Positions 9,731-19,309 are shown, counted from the stretch's first letter. The stretch: 64,000 bases of DNA from Patescibacteria group bacterium (GCA_028286885.1 JAQBQS010000010.1:19148-83147); one strand, 5' to 3'. Notes: generated by a model from the letters alone, not told the origin. A program made the numbers and translations.

Positions 9731-9815
9731 GGAAGTGTGGCCGAGTGGTTTAAGGCACCGGTCTTGAAAACCGACGTCTCGTAAGGGACCGTGAGTTCGA
9801 ATCTCACCACTTCCG
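9731..9815 (+). tRNA. tRNA-Ser (anticodon TGA)
   Basis: GGAAGTG acceptor, anticodon loop CTTGAAA, long variable arm, T-loop TTCGAAT. A candidate promoter TTGAAA-16-TAATAT lies upstream. Confidence 0.85.
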
Positions 9816-9828
9816 CATGCGCGGATTG

Positions 9829-9852
9829 AAAAATCTCCTTCGGGGGATTTTT
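9829..9852 (+). terminator. Rho-independent terminator after tRNA-Ser (aaaatctccttcgggggatttttt)
   Basis: Hairpin followed by a T-run. Confidence 0.75.
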
Positions 9853-9893
9853 TGACGGATAAAAAAACCGCAGCGACGTGCTGCGGAAATAAA

Positions 9894-10412
9894 TCATGCG
9901 GTCAGGCGCGCCTCGTCTACGAGTATGCATTCGCCCGCCAGGTATTCGCGGTCCATATCGATCGTGGCGGCATCGACGCACAAATGCCCGTCGTTGTCGC
10001 GCCATGCGAACATCCTGCACGGCAGGCCGTACATTTTCTTGTCCAAGTAGACAAGAATGCCGCTGCCTTTCGCATCAAGGTGCCCTTCGCCGAGAAGCGA
10101 GACGATGCGCGAGAAGGCATCCCACCCGTCATACTCGCTGTAGGAGCCGCTCCGATCGCATCCGCTCTTGATAACCGGATGGTGCATGTCGCCGGCGAAC
10201 CGCAACAGCCTGCCCGGACCGGCTCCGGATGATGATCGCGACGTTCCCGCAAACCAAGATCTGACGCTGTCGTCGACGAAGACGACTTCGATGGCGCGGG
10301 CGGCGGCCTTTTTCTTGAACCGCTCGATCAAGGCATCGATCGTTTCATTTTTATAACAAGGTTCGACAATCGTTTCCGTCAGTTCAAATTCGGGAAGCAA
10401 TGACTTTTGCAT
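9894..10412 (-). CDS. Hypothetical protein (172 aa) in a GC-rich compositional island
   Basis: Complete ORF. The local GC content is clearly higher than the flanks, and several overlapping ORFs in other frames are taken to be GC artefacts. Confidence 0.45.
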   Translation of the reverse strand: MQKSLLPEFELTETIVEPCYKNETIDALIERFKKKAAARAIEVVFVDDSVRSWFAGTSRSSSGAGPGRLLRFAGDMHHPVIKSGCDRSGSYSEYDGWDAFSRIVSLLGEGHLDAKGSGILVYLDKKMYGLPCRMFAWRDNDGHLCVDAATIDMDREYLAGECILVDEARLTA

Positions 10413-10564
10413 GTGTTGGTTTTTAAATGTTGAAAGAATAGGACCCTGCTGAACGTATCATAATCGGCTTAAATTTTTGATAAAGGCAAAATAAAAAATA
10501 CATCCGCCAAGAGAATGTGCCGGCGTTTTCTTGCCAAAATCCGCCTATGCTATAATGCCGTTAT

Positions 10565-11143
10565 ATGGAAATTAAATCACTCAAAATCGGAGATGTTATT
10601 CCCGATCTCACATTAAAGGCGTATTACAATGACAAGGAAATCGAACTGAAATCGGCAGATTACCGAGGAAAATGGCTGATTCTCTTTTTCTATCCTGCGG
10701 ATTTCACATTCGTCTGTCCGACCGAACTCGAGGAGCTTGCAATGATGTATCCGGAATTCCAGAAACAAGATGCCGAGATTATGAGCGTCAGCTGCGACAC
10801 GGTATTTGTGCACAAGGCGTGGCATGACAACTCGCCGGCCATCGGCAAGATTACGTTTCCCATGGTATCGGATCCGACCGGCGAACTCTCAACACTGTTC
10901 GGCGCTTACATTCCGAAAGAAGGCCTTTCCCTTCGCGGAACGTTCATCATCGACCCTGACGGCATCTTGAAAACGATCGAGATCAACGACAACTCGATCG
11001 GCCGATCCGGCAAGGAACTCCTGCGCAAGCTTCGCGCTGCGAAATTCATCCGCGACAACCACGGGCTTCAAGTCTGCCCCGCTTCATGGGAACCGGGAGA
11101 CGACACGCTGACGCCGGGAATGGATTTGGTCGGGAAGATTTAA
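10565..11143 (+). CDS. Peroxiredoxin (AhpC/TSA 2-Cys family)
   Basis: FYPADFTFVCPTE peroxidatic-Cys motif. A TATAAT lies 6 nt before the ATG, so the transcript may be leaderless. Confidence 0.9.
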   Translation: MEIKSLKIGDVIPDLTLKAYYNDKEIELKSADYRGKWLILFFYPADFTFVCPTELEELAMMYPEFQKQDAEIMSVSCDTVFVHKAWHDNSPAIGKITFPMVSDPTGELSTLFGAYIPKEGLSLRGTFIIDPDGILKTIEINDNSIGRSGKELLRKLRAAKFIRDNHGLQVCPASWEPGDDTLTPGMDLVGKI

Positions 11144-11199
11144 AATGAAAATAAAAAAAGACGGTATAATACCGTCTTTTGTAAACTTGTTTTAAAAAG

Positions 11200-11439
11200 T
11201 TATTCTTTTACTTCTTCATTGGTTGATACGGATGGAGCAGTTTCATTCTCTTCTGTAGAACTTATTTGCGTACTCATATACCAAGTTGCATACATACCTA
11301 TTACGATCCCCAATATGATGGAATCAATCACGATCAAGGCTATATTTCCTGAGATAATAGATGCCGTTAGGAAAATAATTAATGCGAGCATGTATATGGC
11401 CGAACTTGGCGAAACTTCAAATTTTTCTTTGCTTTTCAT
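11200..11439 (-). CDS. Small membrane protein (79 aa)
   Basis: Two hydrophobic helices. The strand choice is uncertain. Confidence 0.3.
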   Translation of the reverse strand: MKSKEKFEVSPSSAIYMLALIIFLTASIISGNIALIVIDSIILGIVIGMYATWYMSTQISSTEENETAPSVSTNEEVKE

Positions 11440-11536
11440 TTTGTTATATTTAGTTAAAGATCTATTTACATAACAAGTATAGCACGTTAATACTAAATTG
11501 TCAATACACGAAAACCCTTATTTTAAAGGCTTTTTA

Positions 11537-12049
11537 TTATATTTTCCTCGAGTCATACGCCCAATGCAGAATCGCCTGCCGCTGCCTCGGACGACAAGAT
11601 TCATCCCCTACTCGACAGTTATTGCGGACCTGCGTTATATGGCGCGTCATATTGCGCCACCGTTTTATCTGACGTTCATCTTCCTTGGGAATTCTGCGCC
11701 CCATGTAATAGCGGCAGTACCACTGGAACCAACCTCGCGGATCTTCGCGGTAAATCCATCCGTTTTTTCTCCAGACCGATAAAGGCTGCGAGGCGTTTAC
11801 GCCGAAATAATTTACCTTTGCGAGATGCTTGCGCGTTTGCTCCGGCGCAAGTTTGGCATGTTTGAACCATGATTTTGGAAATTCGTTTGTACAGTCGCGC
11901 ATGTACACGCCGCCGAATACGCCGAGCTCGAGCATTTCCCTAGGCGTCAGCTGCGGCCAGAAATCCTTGGCAAGGTTTTTGCCAACAGGTTCCGAAAGCT
12001 CATACGAATAATTTTTCTGCATCTTGTCATGAACAACGACCTTTTTCAT
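11537..12049 (-). CDS. Conserved hypothetical protein (170 aa; GWFQWY/RWR motifs)
   Basis: Complete ORF rich in Trp and Arg. No family could be assigned. Confidence 0.5.
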   Translation of the reverse strand: MKKVVVHDKMQKNYSYELSEPVGKNLAKDFWPQLTPREMLELGVFGGVYMRDCTNEFPKSWFKHAKLAPEQTRKHLAKVNYFGVNASQPLSVWRKNGWIYREDPRGWFQWYCRYYMGRRIPKEDERQIKRWRNMTRHITQVRNNCRVGDESCRPRQRQAILHWAYDSRKI

Positions 12050-12163
12050 GGAAACACTATATCAAATAAACAAACGATAAAGTCTTTTCCTTCCAAAAAT
12101 AAAGCATGATATAATAAATTTGATCAATCCGATCACTTATCATTCGCTTAATACTTATTATTT

Positions 12164-12406
12164 ATGATGGAAAACAACATGGACCAGAAACACGGACAAA
12201 ACTGCACCTGCCCCGCTTGCACATGGAACCACGTCAAAACGCACAGCCTTACGTACCACATTTTCAAGAAGATCTTCTTGCTTATCGTTATCTTCTTCGT
12301 ATTCTGGATGGGAATGCGACTTGGAGAACTGCGAGCCCTCGAGCACCAGATCCGAGGAGCGCAGTGGCAGGCTATGCCGATGCAGACCCAGGGAATGTAT
12401 CAGTAG
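12164..12406 (+). CDS. Small membrane protein with a CxxC pair (80 aa)
   Basis: ORF followed by the terminator at 12415-12441. Confidence 0.35.
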   Translation: MMENNMDQKHGQNCTCPACTWNHVKTHSLTYHIFKKIFLLIVIFFVFWMGMRLGELRALEHQIRGAQWQAMPMQTQGMYQ

Positions 12407-12414
12407 TCGTTTCT

Positions 12415-12441
12415 TAAAAAAGCCTTCGGGCTTTTTTATTA
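12415..12441 (+). terminator. Terminator aaaaaagccttcgggcttttttattat, identical to the copy at 13899-13925
   Basis: The same 27-nt sequence recurs. Confidence 0.8.
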
Positions 12442-12505
12442 TGAAAGCTTGCATCCAATTTCTGACTATGGTACCTTTTTAATACAAGGTACTACCTTGT
12501 TCATT

Positions 12506-12826
12506 ATGAATCTTCCCATCGAAAAGAAAGATGCCATGCGCAAAGGGCTCCTCGAGCTTGCGATTCTGCATGTCATCGCGCGCAAGCCCGTCTATGCAGC
12601 CGATATTCTTGGAGCGCTCTCGCAGACCGAATTCTCGACGCAAGAAGGAACGCTCTATCCCCTTCTTTCCAAAATCGGCCGCGAAGATCTTGTGAAATAC
12701 GAATGGAAGGAATCCGAATCTGGTCCTCCTCGGAAATATTACGAGCTCACTACCAAGGGACGCGCGCAACTGTCAGACATGCGCGCCTATTGGGACCTTA
12801 TTAACGCGACTATCCGCAAACTCTAA
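12506..12826 (+). CDS. PadR-family transcriptional regulator
   Basis: LELAILHVIARKPVYAADIL...GTLYPLLSKIGREDLV winged-helix signature. Confidence 0.8.
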   Translation: MNLPIEKKDAMRKGLLELAILHVIARKPVYAADILGALSQTEFSTQEGTLYPLLSKIGREDLVKYEWKESESGPPRKYYELTTKGRAQLSDMRAYWDLINATIRKL

Positions 12827-12830
12827 TCGT

Positions 12831-13898
12831 ATGAACAACGTCACCATCATCCATCTGAATGGAAAAGTATTCCACATCGAGGAGGCAGGCCATATCCTGC
12901 TGCGCTCGTATCTGGACTCCGCAAAACATAATCTCGAGGGAAATCCCGACCGGGAAGAAATCCTGCGGGATATCGAAAACGCCATCGCCGACAAGTGCGA
13001 GGCGAAGCTTCACGCGCATAAAACCGTAATTTTAGAATCCGAGCTCAAAACGATTCTCGACGAAATGGGCGCGGTTTCGGGCTCAGCCGATTCCGACTCA
13101 ATCAGTTCCGAGAAAAAGCATTCGGGCGGACCTGCACCGAAGAAGCTTTACAATATCCGCGAAGGCGCCATGATCGCAGGCGTCTGCCAGGGACTTGCCG
13201 CGTATTTCAATATCGATGTTACGATCGTCCGCGTTGTTTTCGTAATTCTCGCGATCGTCACGCACGGCGCATGGATTCTTGTTTATCTGGTTCTTCTTGG
13301 CGTTATTCCCTACGCGCACACGAGCGAACAGAAATCCGCCGCGTTCGGCGTACCGTTTAACGCGCAGGAACTCGTCGATCGAGCCAAGTCTAACTATTCA
13401 GAATTCAAAGACAAGAAAGCTTGGAAAAAATACTGGCACGACCATCGCCACCAATGGAAGAAAGAGTGGCATGAAACAGTTCACGAAAACAAGAAAAAGT
13501 GGAGCGGAGCATTTGCAAAGTCGCTCGGATTCCTGACTCCGGTCCTCGGTATTTTAATGGCCCTCCTCACGATCATCGTTGTCATCGCGATCGTGATGGT
13601 TGCAAGCACGGGACTCTTCTTCGGTCTTGCCATTCCGTTTGCAATTCCCATCTGGATCGCCATTGTCATCTTGGTTGTCATCTACAATATTCTCCTCGCT
13701 CCCATTCGCGCGATGATGCATCTTGCCGGAAGAAACTGGAACGAGAACGGCTGGTTCGGAACAGTTGACGGCGTGATGTGGATCGGAATTATTGCCGTCC
13801 TCATCTGGGCCGCTTACCATTACGTGCCGCAGGTACGACCGATTCTCGACCAAGTTTGGAACGTTGCAACAGCGCAGTGGCACAGAATATTTGGATAA
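12831..13898 (+). CDS. PspC-domain membrane protein
   Basis: KKLYNIREGAMIAGVCQGLAAYFNIDVTIVRVVFVIL PspC domain plus several transmembrane segments. It is coupled to padR by a 4-nt gap. Confidence 0.8.
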   Translation: MNNVTIIHLNGKVFHIEEAGHILLRSYLDSAKHNLEGNPDREEILRDIENAIADKCEAKLHAHKTVILESELKTILDEMGAVSGSADSDSISSEKKHSGGPAPKKLYNIREGAMIAGVCQGLAAYFNIDVTIVRVVFVILAIVTHGAWILVYLVLLGVIPYAHTSEQKSAAFGVPFNAQELVDRAKSNYSEFKDKKAWKKYWHDHRHQWKKEWHETVHENKKKWSGAFAKSLGFLTPVLGILMALLTIIVVIAIVMVASTGLFFGLAIPFAIPIWIAIVILVVIYNILLAPIRAMMHLAGRNWNENGWFGTVDGVMWIGIIAVLIWAAYHYVPQVRPILDQVWNVATAQWHRIFG

Positions 13899-13925
13899 TA
13901 AAAAAGCCTTCGGGCTTTTTTATTA
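13899..13925 (+). terminator. Terminator aaaaaagccttcgggcttttttattat (second copy)
   Basis: Identical to 12415-12441. Confidence 0.8.
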
Positions 13926-13936
13926 TTTTTAATTGA

Positions 13937-14365
13937 TCAAAAATCCATATTCAACTTTCTAAACTCGCTTATATTTATTCCCTCATTCACAAAAACGTCT
14001 TCCATGCTTGAAACATGAATAATTGCCGGATGGACTTGCATGAGCGAACGCTTACTGTATTCACCCACATTGTAAATACGAATGCTACCTGGTCTTTCCG
14101 TTGCGCATGCAAGTGCTGCGCCGAGTTCAACAAACATATCAGTTCCCTCAGCGTCGCTAATCAAAACAAAGATATCTGTTTCCAAAATAGCCTGTAAGTT
14201 TTCAGAACCCACCTGTTGAGCCTCTTGAACATGTTCATGATACGGTTTCAATGATTTGCCATAAATCCACGTCGAAACAATTTCCTGTCCTTGCGAAACA
14301 AGAAATTCGGAGGCTTTGACGAGATTTTCCGTATGCCGTACGCGCGAGGCGAAATACCATTTCAT
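13937..14365 (-). CDS. Nucleoside 2-deoxyribosyltransferase-like protein
   Basis: Rossmann-like; DAEGTDMFVELGAALA resembles the NDT-family core. Confidence 0.45.
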   Translation of the reverse strand: MKWYFASRVRHTENLVKASEFLVSQGQEIVSTWIYGKSLKPYHEHVQEAQQVGSENLQAILETDIFVLISDAEGTDMFVELGAALACATERPGSIRIYNVGEYSKRSLMQVHPAIIHVSSMEDVFVNEGINISEFRKLNMDF

Positions 14366-14399
14366 GGAACGAGCGTAGCATTTTTGCTAAAGTAATTCC

Positions 14400-14825
14400 A
14401 TGCACCACGTCGCCATCATGAACAAAAAATGGAAGCTGATTCCCAAGATTCTGTCAGGTGAGAAAACCATTGAATCAAGATGGTACGTGACCCGACGTTC
14501 TCCATGGAACGCAATTTCCGCGGGCGATACCGTTTATTTCAAGGATGCAGGCGAACGTGTTACGGCAAAAGCCGACGTTGAGGATGTTTTGCAATTTGAA
14601 AATTATTCGGAAAAAGAATTGCGTGCCATCTTGAAAAAATACGGAGCGAGAATTTGCTTTTCAAGTCTTGAAACCGCATTTGATTGGTGTGCTGGCAAAA
14701 AATACTGCATCCTTGTCTTCTTAAAAAATCCGAAATCGATTACGCCGTTTGGAATAGACAAGACGGGATTTGGAAACGCATGTGCGTGGATTGCCGTAAA
14801 AAACATTTCGCAATTAAAAAAATAG
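14400..14825 (+). CDS. ASCH-domain (PUA-like) protein
   Basis: KILSGEKTIESRW motif typical of ASCH. Confidence 0.7.
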   Translation: MHHVAIMNKKWKLIPKILSGEKTIESRWYVTRRSPWNAISAGDTVYFKDAGERVTAKADVEDVLQFENYSEKELRAILKKYGARICFSSLETAFDWCAGKKYCILVFLKNPKSITPFGIDKTGFGNACAWIAVKNISQLKK

Positions 14826-14829
14826 AATG

Positions 14830-14860
14830 CAAAACGCGCGCACCTGCGGTGCGCGCGTTT
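14830..14860 (+). terminator. Rho-independent terminator (aaaacgcgcgcacctgcggtgcgcgcgtttt)
   Basis: 11-bp GC stem. Confidence 0.8.
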
Positions 14861-14868
14861 TGTTCGAT

Positions 14869-14889
14869 TCCCTCTCCCTCTGGGAGAGG
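14869..14889. repeat. GC-rich palindromic mini-element CCCTCTCC-ctct-GGGAGAGGG
   Basis: Hairpin family member. Confidence 0.6.
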
Positions 14890-14902
14890 GCTAGGGTGAG
14901 GG

Positions 14903-15385
14903 TTAGCTTTTTGCTTTCTTGGGAAGCTTTCCCTTCTTGGCCGCATGGGCGATGCCTTCGGATTCAAATGCTGCACGAAGCTTGTCTGGCGTGATGTTGT
15001 GGTCCTTCATGATCTGCTGCAAGGATTTTCCTGCGTTGATTTCATTCTGAACGTCTGCCGGGTTGATGCCGAGCTTCGCCGAGATGGCCGCGATCTGAGT
15101 GTTGGAGAGATGCTTGGTCTGCGGATACGCTGCTTGGATTGCGGAACGGATTTGATCCATCGTGATGTTGTGCTCGGCAAGAACATCCTTTACTGATTTT
15201 CCGGAGGCGATTTCGGCCTTCATCAGGGCGACATCATCGGATGACAAGTTAAGTTTCGAAGCGACCATTGATATGGCGGCGCTCCCGTGGAACGAACGGA
15301 GCGAGGATTGCGCGTACGCATGTGTCGTTCCGATCAAAATAAAGAGCGCGATGACGCCGCCCGCCAAAAATACTTTTTTTCGCAT
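14903..15385 (-). CDS. Secreted protein with three internal ~35-aa repeats
   Basis: Signal peptide ending HAYA. Three repeats of the form GKS.x.DVLxEHNITxDQIRSA. Confidence 0.5.
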   Translation of the reverse strand: MRKKVFLAGGVIALFILIGTTHAYAQSSLRSFHGSAAISMVASKLNLSSDDVALMKAEIASGKSVKDVLAEHNITMDQIRSAIQAAYPQTKHLSNTQIAAISAKLGINPADVQNEINAGKSLQQIMKDHNITPDKLRAAFESEGIAHAAKKGKLPKKAKS

Positions 15386-15584
15386 AATGATTTTTAAAAA
15401 TTAAAGAACTCGAATAAATAAAATAATAATTGAATCGCGTGTCCGAATCCCCTCCTATGTAGGACCCAGTAGGTCATTCTGAGGAATGAGGTGTGGCAGG
15501 CCCTGCGAGCCGGGGTGGTATGGCGCTGCCGATATTCATTATACGCCAGCGCTGCAGTCCTCGGTGCCAATATGGTATGGTGAA

Positions 15585-16175
15585 ATGATGAATCCGCTCG
15601 AACTACAATGGATCAAAGATTCGATCAAGGGCGACCAATCCGCGTTTGCCGAATTAGTCAGGCATTATACGGCGCAAATCTACAACTTCTGTTATCGCCT
15701 GACGGGAAATGTTCAGACGGCCGAAGATGCCACCCAGGAAACGTTCATAAAGGTGTGGAAAAACTTGAAAAAGTTCGATGCCAAGCAGAGTTTTCGCGCG
15801 TGGATTTTCACGATCGCCAGAAATACGACCACCGATTTCTTGAGAAAGAAAAAGAGCATTCCCTTCTCGAATATCGGCAATAATACTGAGGAGTTTGCAT
15901 TCGAAGATATATTAGAGTCCGACGACGAACATATTGAAGAAACGATCGGCAAAGTGCAAGACGCACATTACGTCGAAAAACTTCTTGATGAAGTCCCGCC
16001 CGACACTAAAACTGTTTTAACGCTCTATTATCAAAGTGACATGACGTTCGATGAAATCGCGCGCGTCCTCGGCAAATCGATCAACACCGTGAAAAGCCAG
16101 CACCGCCGAGCCCTGATCAAACTGCGCGAGATATTGTCCGACGCACCAAATAACCCCTACCAATCGTATGAATAA
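15585..16175 (+). CDS. ECF-type sigma-70 family RNA polymerase sigma factor
   Basis: Region 2 (FxxLVRHYTAQIYNFCYRLTG) and region 4 (DMTFDEIARVLGKSINTVKSQHRRAL). Confidence 0.85.
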   Translation: MMNPLELQWIKDSIKGDQSAFAELVRHYTAQIYNFCYRLTGNVQTAEDATQETFIKVWKNLKKFDAKQSFRAWIFTIARNTTTDFLRKKKSIPFSNIGNNTEEFAFEDILESDDEHIEETIGKVQDAHYVEKLLDEVPPDTKTVLTLYYQSDMTFDEIARVLGKSINTVKSQHRRALIKLREILSDAPNNPYQSYE

Positions 16176-16563
16176 CCACATGAATCCTTTGAACCAGACA
16201 TTCAGAAAAATTGAATATGCACCACGAGCAGGACTCGCCTATGACATCATTGCCCGAATCCGCGAACGCGAAATTGCGATCGGCAAGAGGCGCTTCTGGG
16301 GATTCTCGGCACTCGGCATCGTGTCAGTCGGCGCGACGATTCCGGCAGTCATGCTCTTGGTCAGCCAAGTTTCTCAATCCGGCTTTCTCGACTATGTGTC
16401 TCTTGCGGCAAGCCCCGCCCTCAAATCGTCCGGCATCGAACTCGCCTCAACTGTTCTCTCGGCGCTTCCCGTTACGGGAATCGTCGCGGTACTCGGGGCG
16501 CTTCTCGTCTTCGCATGGTCTATGAGAAAAGCATTTGTTTTGCCTAATCCGTCACTCGCATAA
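16168..16563 (+). CDS. Putative anti-sigma factor (single-pass membrane protein)
   Basis: Overlaps the sigma stop by 8 nt. One transmembrane helix. Confidence 0.5.
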   Translation: MNNHMNPLNQTFRKIEYAPRAGLAYDIIARIREREIAIGKRRFWGFSALGIVSVGATIPAVMLLVSQVSQSGFLDYVSLAASPALKSSGIELASTVLSALPVTGIVAVLGALLVFAWSMRKAFVLPNPSLA

Positions 16564-16566
16564 TCT

Positions 16567-17037
16567 ATGAACACAAACCCCCTCAAGGAAAAAATTTCAC
16601 ATGTCGTCCAATCGAACGGATTTCGCAGATTTATTATCGGCATTCTCGGCTTGATTCTCGTTGCCATCATATTCCAAGCAGGCGTCACCGTCGGATTCCG
16701 CAAGGCGTCGTTCGGCAAAAATTTTGACAATCATTACGAGGAAAATTTCGGACCGATGCACCAAGGAATCGGCGGACCGAGAATTCCAAATCCTAACGGC
16801 GCGGCAGGCAAAATTATCTCCGCTAACGGCTCCCTTATTTCCGTCCTTGAAAAAAACAATTCCGAGAAATCTGTCGCGATAACGGACGAGACGCAAATCA
16901 GATTCATGCACCAGGAAGGAACCGCTTCGGAACTCGTTCCCGGAACGTTCATCGTCGCGATCGGAGATCCGAACGCGCAGGGCCAAATCGTCGCAAAATT
17001 TATCAGAATTATCCCGGCTCCGCCGACTCAGCGCTAA
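16567..17037 (+). CDS. Membrane-anchored hypothetical protein
   Basis: N-terminal transmembrane helix. Operonic with the sigma and anti-sigma genes. Confidence 0.45.
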   Translation: MNTNPLKEKISHVVQSNGFRRFIIGILGLILVAIIFQAGVTVGFRKASFGKNFDNHYEENFGPMHQGIGGPRIPNPNGAAGKIISANGSLISVLEKNNSEKSVAITDETQIRFMHQEGTASELVPGTFIVAIGDPNAQGQIVAKFIRIIPAPPTQR

Positions 17038-17046
17038 ATTATTTGT

Positions 17047-18576
17047 ATGGAACCAAAACCAACACTCTTCAACCGAATCAAAACATGGATCAAGAACCAC
17101 AAGTTCTGGACGATTGCCATCATTATCGTTCTGGCTCTTGCGATCTACGGAATTGTCAAAGCCTCTGCAAAGACAGCGTCGACAACGACATACGTCATCG
17201 GAACCGTTTCGCAAGACACTGTTGTGTCTACGGTGACAGGAACGGGTCAAGTTTCCTCATCGAACCAATTCGCGGTTCCTGCAAAAGCGTCGGGAACGCT
17301 GACAAGTCTTCGCGTGCAAGCCGGAGATTCCGTACGCGCGGGGCAAGTCATCGCAAGCATCGACGACACGTCGGCGGCAATTTCGCTCAAGCAGGCGCAG
17401 AATTCCCTTGCCAAGGCGAAGCAATCGCTCCAAAACGATCAGACAACGCAGGCGCTTTCGCTCACCAATCAGCAGATCAGCTTGAACTCGACAACCCTTG
17501 CGCAGCCGAAACAGAACAATCAGGACGCCGTTACGCCGAGCGTTTCGGGATCGTACAACTCGACAGAAAAAGGAACGTACACGATCTCGAATTATTCTTG
17601 TTCAGGAGGAACCTGTATTTCATATGAAGGAATCGAATCCGGATTCGGCTTGATCTCATCGAACATTCCAATCAAGCTCGGAACGCGCGGGCTCTATCTG
17701 ACCTTCTCATCGGTTCCGAAAATTCCCGACACATGGACTGTCGACGTACCTTCGCAGCTCGCGAGCGGATACTTGTCGCAAACGCAGAACTTGGAAACTT
17801 CGCAGCAAAATAATGCGATCACGATCGCAAATGATCAGCAAGCTATTGCTGATACTGAAATCAATCTGCAAAGCGCCCAACTTGCGTATAACAATACGCT
17901 CGTCACTGCGCCGGTCGCAGGAATCATCGGGACTGTGTCCGTCGTCAAAGGGCAGAACGTTTCAAGCGGAACGGCTATCGTTACCCTGGTCGGAAACCAG
18001 CAGTACGCCGACATTCCGTTCAACGAAGTGGACGTTGCCAAAATAAAAGTCGGCGATACGGCGAACGCGACATTTGATGCGGTCGACGATTTAACTATCA
18101 CAGGAAAAGTGATTTCAATTGATCAGATCGGAACCGTGACGTCGGGCGTCGTAAATTACACGGTCAAGATCGGATTCGATGTCCAGGATGCGCGCGTAAA
18201 ATCCGGCATGTCGACGACAATTGTCGTAGCAACGAATGTCGCACAAAACGCGACCGTCGTTCCAGCCAGTGCCGTCAAAACGTCAGGAAACGGAAGCTAC
18301 GTGTTGACCGTATCGAACGACACCGCAGTATCAAGCGGAAACACAGGAATCGAATTTGCAACGCCTCCGACGCAGACGCCCGTTACCGTCGGAATTTCAG
18401 ACGACACAAATACGCAAATCCTTTCGGGACTGTCCGTCGGCGACAAGATCGTAACCAAAACGATAACAACATCTGCGACAACTGCGACTGCTTCATCAGC
18501 ACCGAGCCTTCTTGGCGGATCAGCATCGCGCTCAGGCGCAGCAGGCGGCGGTGCAACGCGAGCTTTGGGACGATAA
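17047..18576 (+). CDS. HlyD/MacA-family periplasmic adaptor (membrane fusion protein)
   Basis: N-terminal transmembrane helix, lipoyl-like VSSSNQFAVPAKASGTLTSLRVQAGDSV, a coiled-coil segment, and a C-terminal beta-barrel-like part. Confidence 0.7.
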   Translation: MEPKPTLFNRIKTWIKNHKFWTIAIIIVLALAIYGIVKASAKTASTTTYVIGTVSQDTVVSTVTGTGQVSSSNQFAVPAKASGTLTSLRVQAGDSVRAGQVIASIDDTSAAISLKQAQNSLAKAKQSLQNDQTTQALSLTNQQISLNSTTLAQPKQNNQDAVTPSVSGSYNSTEKGTYTISNYSCSGGTCISYEGIESGFGLISSNIPIKLGTRGLYLTFSSVPKIPDTWTVDVPSQLASGYLSQTQNLETSQQNNAITIANDQQAIADTEINLQSAQLAYNNTLVTAPVAGIIGTVSVVKGQNVSSGTAIVTLVGNQQYADIPFNEVDVAKIKVGDTANATFDAVDDLTITGKVISIDQIGTVTSGVVNYTVKIGFDVQDARVKSGMSTTIVVATNVAQNATVVPASAVKTSGNGSYVLTVSNDTAVSSGNTGIEFATPPTQTPVTVGISDDTNTQILSGLSVGDKIVTKTITTSATTATASSAPSLLGGSASRSGAAGGGATRALGR

Positions 18577-18580
18577 TTCT

Positions 18581-19309
18581 ATGATCCAAGTAACCAACAT
18601 CACCAAAACCTATTCAGCCGGATCCGACAACGAATTCCAGGCGCTCAAGGGCGTCTCTTTTTCGATCAATGATGGCGAGTTCATTGCGATCATGGGACCA
18701 TCGGGATCCGGTAAATCAACCTTGATGCATATTCTCGGATGTTTAGACACGCCGACGTCCGGCGAATATCATCTGGACCATAAAGACGTTTCCAAGATGT
18801 CGGACAACGATTTGGCCGACATCAGGCGTGATAAAATCGGATTCGTCTTCCAGTCGTTCAACCTCCTTCCCCGCACGACCGTCTTGCGCAACGTAATGCT
18901 TCCGCTCGTCTATGCGGACGAGCCGAATGAAAAACGAATCAAGGATGCCACTGCTGCGCTCACGTCCGCAGGACTCGACCTGAAATATTTCAACCACAAA
19001 TCTAATCAGCTTTCCGGAGGACAGATCCAGCGTGTTGCGATCGCGCGTGCGCTTGTAAACAATCCAACGATGATTCTGGCGGACGAGCCGACGGGTAATC
19101 TCGATACGCGCACAGGCGAGATCGTTCTCGGTACGTTCCAGAGACTCAACCGCGAGCTCGGCCGCACGATCGTTCTGATCACCCACGAGCCGGATGTTGC
19201 CGAGCATGCGGACCGCATTATCACAATTCGCGATGGTGTGATCGTAAGCGACGAGAAAAATAAAAACCGGAAAGAAGTAAAAATTTCGGACGAAAAACAG
19301 TTTACGTAA
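18581..19309 (+). CDS. ABC transporter ATP-binding protein (MacB/LolD type)
   Basis: Walker A GPSGSGKST, signature LSGGQIQR, Walker B ILADEPTGNLD. Confidence 0.9.
   Translation: MIQVTNITKTYSAGSDNEFQALKGVSFSINDGEFIAIMGPSGSGKSTLMHILGCLDTPTSGEYHLDHKDVSKMSDNDLADIRRDKIGFVFQSFNLLPRTTVLRNVMLPLVYADEPNEKRIKDATAALTSAGLDLKYFNHKSNQLSGGQIQRVAIARALVNNPTMILADEPTGNLDTRTGEIVLGTFQRLNRELGRTIVLITHEPDVAEHADRIITIRDGVIVSDEKNKNRKEVKISDEKQFT

Noticed and set aside
9852-10252. Three overlapping ORFs (9852-10232 +, 9896-10171 +, 9917-10252 -) in the GC-rich island
   Set aside because: Arg/Ala/Pro-rich translations typical of off-frame readings of GC-rich DNA. The 9894-10412 (-) frame has the most protein-like composition.
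16597-17250. 217-aa minus-strand ORF opposite the 16567 and HlyD genes
   Set aside because: Arg/Cys/Asp-rich antisense frame. The plus-strand genes form a coherent operon.
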